Shown piece by piece: positions 23,143-34,725 of a DNA stretch of 64,000 nt; the stretch's first letter is position 1; each line of letters begins with the position of its first letter. The DNA is from Malacoraja senta (Eukaryota). Below the pieces are notes generated by a model. The model was not told the DNA's origin. It was given only the letters and a program-made list of their open reading frames with translations, and did not search any database. The stretch spans positions 2,480,001 through 2,544,000 of the forward strand of contig CM075989.1 in the NCBI GenBank assembly GCA_038087875.1. Direction: 5' to 3'. The translations under genes and the position numbers were made by a program.

Positions 23143-25450
23143 TGTATGAGCTTAAATGAAGGTTTCTGTTGAGAATTATGAGTGGTATAGTGGAGTCGCG
23201 TTGCAAGAGATAATCATGCAATAATAAGATCGTAACAGAACAAAAGGAAGGTAATCAGCCCATTACATCCATACAACTCCCCAGGAAGCAATCCAGTCAA
23301 GTCCAGCCCCCATGGTTTCCCCACAGCCCTGTGTCCATTTCCCTTCAACTTATCCAATTCCATGTTGAAACCTGCAGTTGCCCCTGCTTGCACACAGCAC
23401 ACACACTCTTACACACAGCAAGCTCATGATCATTGCCACAATGTAAATAAAACACATAGTGATGGGGTAACTCAGCATCGTGGAATGGCAACGTTTTAGG
23501 TTGGGATCCTTCGTCAGACTGAATGTAGTAAGTCACACAGCATGGAAACAGGCCTATTTGCTCTACTCTTTCATGTCAGCCAAGATGCCCCCATCTAAGC
23601 TAGTGCCATTTGCCCGCGTTTGTCCCATATCTTTCTGAACCATTCTGCGTCACGTACCTGTCCTGGTGTCTTTTAAATCCTGTTATGGTGTCATAGTTCC
23701 TCTCTACTACAATCAGTCTGAGGAAAGATCCCAACCTCAAACAGTTGCCGTTCCATTATTCCCCGCACAGTGATCATCAGCTTCCTGTGTGTAAGAGTGT
23801 GTGTACTGTGTGCAAGCTGAAGAAGGGACCTGCTGAGCAACATCGCCCAGCACTTGCCTCCACAGATGCTGCCTGACCCAGAGTTACTCCAGCACTTAAT
23901 GTTTTCCTCAGGATTTTAGCATCTGCAGTTGCTCGTGTCTGTGTAACTATAGACTTCCTCACAGACCCTATAATTGTGCCCTTCACCTTACATCTGTTGA
24001 AACATTTACTGCAGCAGCTACCACTGCACACACAAAAAGCAAACGTCTAGATATCCAGCACTACTGCTTATCAATTCTAACCAAGGGTCATCCATCTGAA
24101 ATATTCACTCTCAGCAGATGCTGACTGTCCTGATAAACGGCACCAGAAAGTGTAGTTTTATTTCATTTCCCGTTGACAAATCATGGGCTTATAAATAACC
24201 GTGGCAGGAATGGTGTCACGGTGGCGCAGCGGTAGAGTTGCTGCCTCACAGCGCCAGAGACCCGGGTTCGATCCTGACTACGGGTGCTGTCTGTACAGAG
24301 TTTGTACCTTCTCCCCGGACCTGCGTGGGATATATTATTATATATTACCTTTGTGCATTGTGTTTACAGACTTGTTATGCTGCAACAAGAAAGAATTATA
24401 TTGTGTGGGAAGGAACTGCAGATGCTGGTTTAAACCGAAGAGAGACACAAAAAGTTGGAGTAACTCAATGGGTCAGATAACATCTCTGGAGTTTTCAATC
24501 GTTTCATGTTTCTGTTTTTGTTTCATTGTTCCGTTCTGCTGTCAGTACATAGGATAATTAAATACTCTTGACTCTCTAGCCTACAACCCAACAATATTTC
24601 ACATAATACTCCTCTTTCTTAAAGGAGAGAGGTCACCTTATGTCCTGTGCGTACACATTTCTCCCACCATCTCCCACCACCCTGGTCACTCTGCTGTTTC
24701 TCTCACCTCCTCTATAAGTCGGAGAGGATTTCTTGATTAGTACGGGTGTCAGAGGTTATGGAGCAAATGGGGTTGTGGAGGGAGAGATAGATCAGCCATG
24801 ATTGAGTGGCGGAGTAGACTTGACGGGCCGAATGGCCTAATTCTACTCCTATCATTTATGATTGAATGATAAACAAGTTATGTGTGGGAGCGGATCTGTG
24901 AAACAGCAGTGATGGGAGAGCGAGCGAGCGAGCGTGGGAGAGCAGCCTTTTGCCGGTCCCACTGACTCACTGAGTGAGTGAGCGAGTGGGTCTGCCCAGC
25001 GCTCCCATCCCTGCTCCCTGCTCGGCTCCACACAGCCCACCACTGTTGCTGGTGAGAAGGGGAGAGGAGAAGAGGAGAGAAGGTGGGGAGAGAACATGGG
25101 GAGAGAAGGCACATGGAAATGATCTGTTCCCATGAGGAAGAAGATGCAGCCCTGCCTCAGACCGCAAATCCAATCCCTTCTCCTTTTGTCTCATTTTCTT
25201 CTTTACCCTTTGCCCACCCATCTGCCAATCGACCCCCTTCCCTCACCTGTATCCACCTATCACTGAGGCATGATTTTGTAGAGGTGGATAACATCATGAG
25301 GGGAATAGATAGGGTGAATGCACAGAGTATTTTACTCAGAGTTGGGGAATCACCAACCAGAGGACATACAGTAGGACTATGGTGAGAGGTGCTAGGGGAG
25401 GTAGTTGAGGCAGCAACTATAATAACACTTAAGAGTAATTTGGATAGGTA

Positions 25451-25552
25451 TTTAAGAAGGAACTGCAGATGCTGGAAAATCGAAGGTAGACAAAAGTGCT
25501 GGAGAAACTCAGCTGGTGCAGCAGCATCTATGGAGCGAAGAAAATAGGCAAC
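25451..25552 (-). mobile_element. Short Penelope-terminus insertion inside a CR1 fragment
   Basis: Perfect 14-bp TSD AATTTGGATAGGTA (25437-25450 / 25553-25566). Confidence 0.8.
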
Positions 25553-26136
25553 AATTTGGATAGGTACATGGATAAGAAAGGTTTAGAGAGATATGGGCCA
25601 AATGTGGGCAGGTGGGATGATAGGCCATGGAGTATGGTTCTACGGTGATTGACGTTGGTCATTGATATGGCTTGGATTTTCTTACTGACAATTTGTAATT
25701 AAATAACCGAGCTATCAGAGTAAATCAAGGAAAAACATTTCAACTGGGAATAAACCACAGGGATATAAAGAGAATATTTCCAAATATATTTCAACTGACC
25801 AACCCGCCTCGTTCACTCAAGTTTACTCAAGAGAAATAAAACACCAAGTGCTGGAGGAACTCAGTGAGTCAGGCAGTGAGAAGGGAATGGACAGGTAATG
25901 TTTTGGGACGGGACCCTTCTTCAGAAATAACATCTGGAGAATCAAATGCAGTAACAGCTCCCACAAAGAACGGGAAGTACAAGATACATTAAATAAAAAT
26001 TCGTAAAAGTTATGGAGATCATCAAAAATCACAAATAGTAATAAAAATCATGGAGCCTGCACGACACACATAGATATGATGGGTCAGAAGGCTTTCAGCA
26101 CATTAGCCTTCATCAGTCAGGGTATTGAGTATAGAA

Positions 26137-26868
26137 TGTTGTGTTAAAGAAGGAACTGCAGATGCTGGAAAATCGAAGGTACACAAAAATGCTGGAGAAA
26201 CTCAGCGGGTGCAGCAGCATCTATGGAGCGAAGGAAATAGGTAACGTTTCGGGCCGAAACCCTTCTTCAGACTGATAGGGGGTGGGGAGAAGAAAGGAAA
26301 AAAGGAAAAAGGCGGAGGAGGAGCCCGAGGGCTGGGGGAGGGGAGGAGACAACCAGATGGCTGATGAAGGGGAGGGGACAGCAAGGGCTAGCAGAATTGG
26401 GAGAATTCAATGTTCAAGCCCCCAGGATGTAGACTGCCCAAGCGGAATGTGAGGTGCATTTCCTCCAATTTACGGTGTTGCTCGCTGTGGCCATGGAGGA
26501 GACCCAGGACAGAGAGGTCAGATACGGAATGGGAGGGGGAGTTGAAGTGCTGAGCCACCGGGAGTTCAGGTTGGTTATTGCGGACCGACCGGAGGTGTTC
26601 GGCGAAACGATCGCCAAGCCTCCGCTTGGTCTCACCGATGTAGATCAGCTGGCATCTAGAGCAGCGAATGCAATAGATGAGGTTGGAGGAGATGCAGGTG
26701 AACCTCTGTCGCACCTGGAACGACTGCTTGGGTCCTTGAATGGAGTAGAGGGGGGAGGTGAAGGGACATGTGTTGCATCTCTTGCGGTTGCAAGGGAAAG
26801 TACCCGGGGAGGGGGTGGTATGGGAGGGAAGGGAAGAATTGACAAGGGAGTTACGGAGGGAGCGGTCT
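26137..26868 (-). mobile_element. Penelope-like element 3' part: GIY-YIG endonuclease plus terminal repeat
   Basis: ORF 26388-~26868 is open and reads C.RKRCNTC...NLIYCIRC..CQLIYIGETKRRLGDRFAEH...E......LGSLHPGGLNIE. 12-bp TSD TTGAGTATAGAA (26125-26136 / 26869-26880), inserted in a CR1. Confidence 0.92.
26243..26270 (-). ncRNA. Minimal hammerhead ribozyme motif in the Penelope terminal repeat
   Basis: Minus strand CTGAAGA-A-GGGT-TTCG-GCCC-GAAA-CG-TT, about 120 nt after the GIY-YIG stop codon. Confidence 0.75.
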
Positions 26869-27162
26869 TTGAGTATAGAAGTTGGGATGTGTAAGAAAGA
26901 ACTGCAGATGCTGGTAAAATCCAAGGTAGACACAAAATGCTGGAGAAACTCAACGAGTGAGGCAGCATCGATGGAGAGAAGGAATGGATGACGTTTCGGG
27001 TCGAGACCCTTCTTCATACAAATAAAGTGAGATGTAGAAGTCGGATGATATGTTACACTTGTGCAAGGTGTCGGTGAGGCCACATTACATTCAGTTTTGG
27101 CCACACTGCAAATGGAATGATGTTGTTAAGATGGAAGGAATGCAGAGAAGATTTACGAGGAT

Positions 27163-27322
27163 TTAAGAAGGAACTGCAGATGCTGGAAAATCGAAGGTAG
27201 ACAAAAGTGCTGGAGAAACTCAGCGGGTGCAGCAGCATCTATGGAGCGAAGGAAATAGGCAACATTTCGGGCCGAAACCCAAGGGTTTCGGCCCGAAATG
27301 TTGCCTATTTCCTTCGCTCCAT
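27163..27322. mobile_element. Fold-back Penelope-terminus element
   Basis: Near-perfect palindrome centred in hammerhead stem II (...CCGAAACCC AA GGGTTTCGG...). 14-bp TSD with one mismatch (27149-27162 / 27323-27336). Confidence 0.8.
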
Positions 27323-27520
27323 AGATTTACGTGGATGTTGAGAGGGTGAGGGCCTGGGCTACAGGGAGAGGTTGGGCAGGCTCAGACTTTATTTCATGGA
27401 GCGCTGGAGGCTGAGGGATAATCTTCTAGAGGTGTTTAAGATCACGAGGGGAATAAATAGGGTAAATGTTCAGTCTATTTTAACCAAGGTCGGGGACTCA
27501 AGAACCAGTGGACACTATCG

Positions 27521-27835
27521 GCGGTCACGGTGGCGCAGCGGTAGAGTTGCTGCCTTACAGCACTTGCTGCACCAGAGACACAAGTTCGATCCCGACTACG
27601 GGTGCTGTCTGTACGGAGTTTGTACGTTCTCCCCGTGACCTGCGTGGGTTTTCTCCGAGAACTTCGGTTTCCTCCCACACTCCAAAGACGTAGAGGTATG
27701 TAGGTTAATTGGCTTGGTAAATGTAAAAATTGTCCCCAGTGTGTGTGGGATAGTGTTAATATGCAGGGATCGCTGGTCGGCGCAGACCTGGTGGGCCGAA
27801 GGGCCTGTTTCTTGGCTGGATCTCTAAAAAACTAA
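27521..27835 (+). mobile_element. HE1/V-SINE-type SINE, full length
   Basis: A box TGGCGCAGCGG, B box AGTTCGATCC, V domain and tail. Confidence 0.9.
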
Positions 27836-28665
27836 ATAATGTGAGAGGGGGAAGATTTAATAGGAACCTGAGGGGCAACTTTGCCACGCAGAGGGTGGTG
27901 CGGATATGGAATGAGCTACCAGAGGAGGTAGTTGAGGCAGGTAATATAACAGCATTTAAAATACATTTGGACAGGTACATGAACAGGAAAGGGTTGGAGG
28001 GATATGGGCCAAACACAGGCAGCTGAGGCTAGTGTAGATGGGGCATGTTGGTTAGTATGGGCAAGTTGGGCTGAATGGCCTGTTTCCGTGCTTATTCACT
28101 CTCTGATTTTATGACGTAACCATCGCAACTGAATCACAGCCTTAGTTATTCCTTGCTGTTGGACAACCAAGATCCATGGTGATCTTAGCATTATCTCAGC
28201 TATAAATTACTTAATTTGTTCACTGAAGGTCTTTTACTCCCAGCCCTGACATCTCCAGTGACAGCAGGCTAGTTAATCACAGTCTCCCATTGAAGATGAG
28301 ACACATTCAGCACTTCAAAGCCCCTGCCTTATCTCCCTCATTAACACTGATGGTTGCCGTACAATAGACAGAGATTTTTCACAAATTGCATCTCTAATTG
28401 GGTGGCCAAATGTGCTCATCATATACATGTGAAACATAAACCATACCGAGGGAACAACAAACTGTGACCTGATAAACACATTTGATCCATAAATCACCAA
28501 CACATATTAATTGCATAAATAGAAGATTACATAGAAACACCTTACAGCTTTTAAGACTCAGCATTGAATTCACCAATTTCAGTTAAATAACCTTTCCAGT
28601 CTGGTTTGCCACATTTCCAGTATTCACATCTTTTTACCTCCTCTTCCAATATTAAACATTTCATT

Positions 28666-28859
28666 GTTTAAGAAGGAACTGCAGATGCTGGAAAATCGAA
28701 GGCAGACAAAAGTGCTGGAGAAACTCAGCGGGTGAGGCAGCATCTATGGAGCGAAGCAAAACAAGTCTGAAGAAGGGTTTCGACCCGAAACGTTGCCTAT
28801 TTCCTTCGTTCCATAGATGCTGCCTCACCCGCTGAGTTTCTCCAGCATTTTTTTCTACC
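28666..28859. mobile_element. Fold-back Penelope-terminus element
   Basis: Inverted arms. 14-bp TSD with one mismatch, TTAAACATTTCRTT (28652-28665 / 28860-28873). Confidence 0.8.
28767..28794 (+). ncRNA. Minimal hammerhead ribozyme motif
   Basis: CTGAAGA-A-GGGT-TTCG-ACCC-GAAA-CG-TT, with a fully Watson-Crick stem II. Confidence 0.75.
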
Positions 28860-29463
28860 TTAAACATTTCGTTCCTCCCCTCTCCTTTAAACTTGTTTTG
28901 GTCTCCCAGCCACCACCCACTTTGAGCAACGCCATTGCTTGTATCTATTGGTCTCGCCCCATCAGTCCATCCTACCGCATGTATTCCCAATATTCCCGCG
29001 GAGTTACTCCAGCATTTTGTGGCTGTCTTCGGTGTCAACCAGCACCTGCAGTTCCTTCCTACACATTCCCGTTCATTCTTCCAGCCTTTCACCGCAGATT
29101 TAAACTTTGCTTCAGAAACATCAGAAAATAGCAGACCAGTTGACCCCTCAAACCAACTCTACCCACCAATGTTTACTTTAGTTTAGTTCATAGATACTAT
29201 GCCACCCAATGTGGTCATCACAGTGGTGCAGCGGTAGAGTTGCTGCCTTACAGCACCAGCGCCTCCAATGCCAGCATGTACCTTCAATGCTAAGGAGACC
29301 AAAAGCATGCTACAGAAGTCTGAGTGTGCCTCGCCAGTACCACTGCAGTTGTAACAATACTTCCCGATTACTAAACTCTAACCTTCATGCTGCAAAATCC
29401 AATACGTCATTTGCCTTCGTAACTGTCCACTAACTTCTTGATATTTGTGCACATGAATATCTC

Positions 29464-29648
29464 GTTCAAGAAGGAACTGCAGATGCTGGAAAATCGAAGG
29501 TAGACAAAATTGCTGGAGAAACTCAGCGGGTGCGGCAGCATCTATGGAGCGAAGAAAATAGGCAACGTTTCGGGCCAAAACATTGCCTACTTCCTTCGAT
29601 CCATAGATGCTGCCGCACCCGCTGAGTTTCTCCAGCAATTTTGTCTAC
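29464..29648. mobile_element. Fold-back Penelope-terminus element
   Basis: Inverted arms joined in the hammerhead region. Perfect 14-bp TSD CACATGAATATCTC (29450-29463 / 29649-29662). Confidence 0.85.
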
Positions 29649-29699
29649 CACATGAATATCTCAATCCCTCTGTACTTTTCTCATCTTTAGTTAGATAAC

Positions 29700-30003
29700 T
29701 GTGGCCCGGTGGTGCAGCAGTAGAGTTGCTGCCTCACAGCGCCAGAGACCTGGGTTCAATCTTGACTATGGGTACTGTCTGTATAGAGTTTGTACGTTCT
29801 CCCCATGACCTGCATGGGTTTTCTCCAGGAGCTCAGGTTTCTTCCCTCACTCCAAAGACGCATAGGCTTGTAGGTTAATTGGCTTGGTAAAAATGTAAAT
29901 TATCCCTAGTGTGTGTGGGATAGTGTTAATGTGCGGGGATCGCAGGTCGGCGTGGACTCGGAGGGCCGAAGGGCCTGTTTCCGTGCTGTATCTCTAAAAA
30001 ACT
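29700..30003 (+). mobile_element. HE1/V-SINE-type SINE
   Basis: Head, V domain and tail. Confidence 0.88.
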
Positions 30004-32189
30004 AATATTTCACTGTGTAAGAAAGAACTGCTGATGCTGGTTTAAATCAAAGTGCATTTAACACAAAATGCTGAAGTAACTCAGCGGGACAGGCAGCATA
30101 TCTGGAGATAAGGAATGGGTGACGTTTCGGGGTGGAGACCCTTCTTCAGACTGGTGTCAGGGGAGTGGGCAGGACAGAGATAGAATGACATTCTGAGTTA
30201 CCCTGGCATTTTGTGTCTATCTAATATCCCTGTACCTTAATTGGTACATGTCACAATAAACTGACCTTGAAACCTTGAAACCTAGTTTGTTTTTAGATTC
30301 TCCTTACTAAAATGACTGACTTGGCATTTTTTCACATTAACTATTTTTCAACATTCTAATTATGTTATAATTAGATACCTATTTTGAGTGATTGATTGAA
30401 AGATACAGCATAGAAACCTGGGCCTTCAACCCACCGAATCCACACTGAACATTGATCACCCATTCAAACTAGTTCTGTGTTATCTCACTTCCTCATCCTC
30501 TACCTTACACACTGGAGACAATTTACAGAGGCCAATTTACCTACAAACCCCCATGTCTTTGGGATGTGGAAGTATTTTCCCCGTTCTGATGATAGGTCAG
30601 TGGAATTCTCTGCCACAGAAGGCAGTGGCCTTTCACTGGATGTATTCAAGAGAGAGATTTAGCTCTTAGGGTTAACGGAATCAAGGGATATGGGGATAAA
30701 GTAGGAACGGAGTACTGATTCTTGATCAGCCACGATCACATTGAATGACGGTGCTGGCTCGAAAGGCCATATGGCCTACTCCTGCACCTATTGGCTATGT
30801 TTCTATGTCACCAACCTGACACATTAAAAAATGGTGACCTCTCCATAGCTGCCGCACTTCCTGAAGAATCATTCCAGCATTTTTGTTTTATTTTCAGATT
30901 TTCAGCATTGATGGAAACTAAAAACTCCAAGCAAAATGATCGAGTGCCCAGGGACAAGGAACTAGTTTCTGATCGGATCCGCAATGTGACAGGCCGCACT
31001 GGAAATATTTCTCTCAGCTGCTAGAATGAATGGGGGTGACTGTCTCATAGCTGTGTCCGTGATTTGCAAGGGCTCTACTTGACAAGGATTTAAGGTGAGG
31101 GGAGAAAGATTTAATAGGAACCTGAGGGGCCATTTTTACACACAAAAGGTGGTGGGTGTATGGAATGAACTGCCGGAGCAGGTAGTTGAGGCAGGGACTA
31201 TCGCGATATTTAAGAAACATTCAGAGAAGTAAGTGGATAGGACATGTTTCGAGGGATATGGGCCAAACGCAGTCAGGTGGGACCAGATGGAACATGTTGG
31301 CCGGTGTGGCCAAATTGGGCCGAAGGGCCTGTTTCCAAGCTGTAAGACTCTACATCTCTGACTCTATGACTGAGATCCCAGGAGGACAAAACTCCCAGCA
31401 TTTCAGCTGACCTTCAAATGTCCTTGGGAAAAGAAGCATGGGATGTACTGAGGGACTGCCATCACAGGTTGACTCGGTAAACACCTAATCCATAAAAGCT
31501 GAGGTACACATTAGCGTCCCCGGAGACAGCCTCCTGCAGGCAGCACCCATGCAGAGATGCGCATGCAGCATCCTCAATGCACGTGTGTGAAACCTGAGGT
31601 GCAGAATTAATGGTGAAACTGTAACCCGTCCAGTATGTCCACACTACACTTGGCAAATGGACCATTTTAACAACATGCCTCATCTCTCTGAGAATACATT
31701 TTCTTACATTTAACTCGTGTGAAAATTGTTTCTCTCCTTTATAATCAAATGGAGTAAATAACGGATGTAATTTAATCCCAGTGTACTTCAGAAAGAAAAA
31801 TGTGAATTATTAGTTTCCCCCAAAGCCTCATTAGTAAACTCCCATCAAATCAGCAGTCAATATCCTTTGAATGAAGGTTTAAGGCATGTTAACCCTTTCA
31901 GTGTGTAGAAAGGAACTGCAGATGCTGGTTTAGACCAAAGATAGACACAAAAAGCTGGAGCAACTCAGCGGGACAGGCAACATCTCTGGAGAAAAAGGCC
32001 TTAGTGACAATTCGGGTCGGGACCCTTCTTCAGACACTGAAGAAGAGTTGTCACAGCTACTTCTGAAAGCCCAATTTATATAGCGGGGAGAAGGATTGGA
32101 TAGACTTGGTACCTAACTACCAAATTCCACAGAAATCATTGGACATCTGTAATTTTTTTCCAGTTGGTTGCTGTTATCCATAAGATACA

Positions 32190-32480
32190 GTGATGCAGAT
32201 GATAGAGTTGCTGCCTCACAGCGCCAGAGACACAAGTTCGATCCTGAACTCGGGTGCTGTCTATGCGGAGTTTGCACGTTCTCCTTGTGACCGCAAGGGT
32301 TTCCTTTGGGTGCTCCGGTTTCCTCCCACATCCCAAAGAGGTGTGGGGTTGTAAGTTAATCGCCCTTCATAAATTGGCCCTAGTGTAGAAGAGTGGGAGT
32401 GTAGGAGAAAATGGGATTACCTGGAACTGGCGCGAATGGGTGATCGATGGTCGGTGTGGACTTAGTGGACCGAGGGACCT
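32190..32480 (+). mobile_element. HE1/V-SINE-type SINE (diverged subfamily)
   Basis: B box and V domain present, with a different 3' body. Confidence 0.75.
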
Positions 32481-33690
32481 GTTTCCATGCTGCATCTCAA
32501 AAGAAATACCTGCAAACGCTGAAAGATCTTGGGAGGATTGGACTGCTGAAGCTCAGCCTGCCATTATCAGCCTGGGAGATTCATCTCACAACTTCCCACT
32601 GCCTCACAACATCACACGGCCATTTCCAGCATTTTGTCACCAATTTTGGAGAAAGCAGAGAAACAAAACGCATACACAATCTATTTTAATTCTCCTGGTA
32701 GTATTCTGTTTATGCGCAGCTTCATCCAGGCAAATGAAACCTTAAGTCAAGGGTGACAGCTCCACACAGCTGTGTCTCAGAGTGGGATTTGGAATCCCAC
32801 ACCAATTTGTGGGGATCCAATTTGGGATTAGATACCCAGTTAACAAGGAAGAAGGGTCTTGACCCGAAACCTCACCCATTCCTTCTCTCCAGAGATGCTG
32901 CCTGTCCCGCTGAGTTACTCCGGCATTTTGTGTCTATCCCCAGTTAACAGGAACTGCAGGCATATAGTTGTGCAACATGGACACGGGCCCTTCGGCCCAA
33001 TTCGTCCAAGCCAACCTAAGGTATCCTCTTTGCTAGTCCCATTTGCCCAAGTTTGGACCATGTCCCTCTAAACCTTTCCTATCCATATACCTGTCCAAGT
33101 GTCTTTTAAATGTTGCTTGAGTACCCCCCTCCACTACATCCTCTGGAAGTTTATTCCATACACCCACCACCCTCCGTGTGAGGTAAATGCCCCTCAGATT
33201 TCCATTAAAGCTTTACCCTCTCACCTTAAACATATGTCCTCTACTTTTTGATTCCTCTACCCTGGGTAAAAGACTATGCATTCACCCTTTCCCCTCGTGA
33301 TGTTAGACAACTCTATAAGATCCCTTGGCCTCCTGTGATGAAGGTATAAAGTCCGAGCCTATGAGCCTTTCCTGATAGCTCAGGCCCAACAGGGTGTAGG
33401 CTCTTCAGCATTTATTCCTAGGTTTTGCTTGCTCCTGAATGAAGAAGGGTTTCGAGCAGAAATGTCACCTATTCTTTTTCTCCGGAGTTGCTGCCTGACC
33501 CACTGAGTTACTCCAGCTTTTTGTGCCTATCTTCGGTTTAAACCAGCATCTGCAGTTGCTTCCTCCAGTATACCTGTGTACACAATATATTACTTTGACA
33601 AACCACCCCACGTTTCCATCATGGCTCTATCACACTTTGTCCATCACGTCTTGCAATATTAAGGCCATGAACTCTATCTCGCTCTGCGCT

Positions 33691-33916
33691 TGGCTGGGCT
33701 GGGCTGGGCTGGGCTTGGCTTGGCTTGGCTTGGCTTGGCTTGGCTTGGCTTGGCTTGGCTTGGCTTGGCTGGGCTGGGCTGGGCTGGGCTGGGCTGGGCT
33801 TGGCTTGGCTTGGCTTGGCTTGGCTTGGCTTGGCTTGGCTTGGCTTGGCTTGGCTTGGCTTGGCTGGGCTGGGCTGGGCTTGGCTTGACTTGGCTTGGGC
33901 TGGGCTGGGCTGGGCT
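33691..33916. repeat. Compound pentanucleotide repeat (TGGCT)n/(GGGCT)n
   Basis: Alternating blocks of the two pentamers. Confidence 0.97.
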
Positions 33917-34725
33917 GGAGTGGATGTGGATGTGGAGATGATGTTTCCACTAGTTGGAGAGTCTAGGACTAGAGGGCATAGCCTCGGAAACGACATTCGT
34001 TTAGTGAGGAGATGAGGAGGAATTTCTTTAGTCAGAGGGTGGTGAATCTTTGCCAAAGAAGGCTGTGGAGACCGAGTCAGTGGATATTTTTAAGGCGTTG
34101 ATAGATAAATTCTTGATTAGTACGGGTGTCAGCTATGGAAAAGGCAGGAGAATGGGGTTTGGAGGGAGAGATAGATCGGCCATGATTGAATGGCGGAGTA
34201 GACTTGATGGGCCGAATGGCCTAATTCTGCTCCCATCACATCTTACCAAATGTCAAATTGACAAGATGTTTCCATGAGAGTGAGTGGAAGAGGGAAACAC
34301 AATGAAAGAGACAACAAGGGCAGATTCCTGCAGCTCCTGTAAACTGGGTGTCTAATCCTAAATCCAACACTAAAACACAGCACTGAGCTGACATCCGTTC
34401 ACAGCACTGACATGATAATTGCCAGATGTGGACTGGAGTGCACATAATGATATTGACTATGTAGAGCTGCTTAAATAAAGGAATCCAGATTCCTTGATTG
34501 GAATGTTAAGTACAATTTATTTGCATCAGAGAATCTGAGGGCCATTTTAACCTCTGCTGAAATTGTCAAGTGGAGCTCACAATCCAGCAACACTAAGACC
34601 CTACTTCATCTTAGGGTCTTAAGATGCTCTTACTGCATCTTAAGATCATCTTAGGTCAAGTGTTTATTCAAGTCCAATGACAGGCATGACCAAAAGTTCA
34701 CAACACAACACAAAGCCCAGATTAA

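Noticed and set aside
24918..24990. (GAGC)4 and CTCACTGAG resembling an AAV ITR Rep-binding element
   Set aside because: There is no T-shaped ITR and no Rep/Cap sequence. GAGC runs are common in vertebrate DNA.
26869..27104. N-terminal part of the 238-aa GIY-YIG ORF as a real fusion protein
   Set aside because: It is chance read-through from adjacent CR1 and terminus fragments beyond the TSD. Only 26388-26868 is Penelope coding sequence.
27521..27600. tRNA gene-like A/B boxes
   Set aside because: These are SINE heads continuous with the V domain and tail, with no full cloverleaf.
33691..33916. Resemblance to immunoglobulin switch-region pentamers; LAWLG/AKPSQ ORFs
   Set aside because: The tract is short, has no AGCT motifs and no Ig exons nearby. 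The ORFs are microsatellite read-through.
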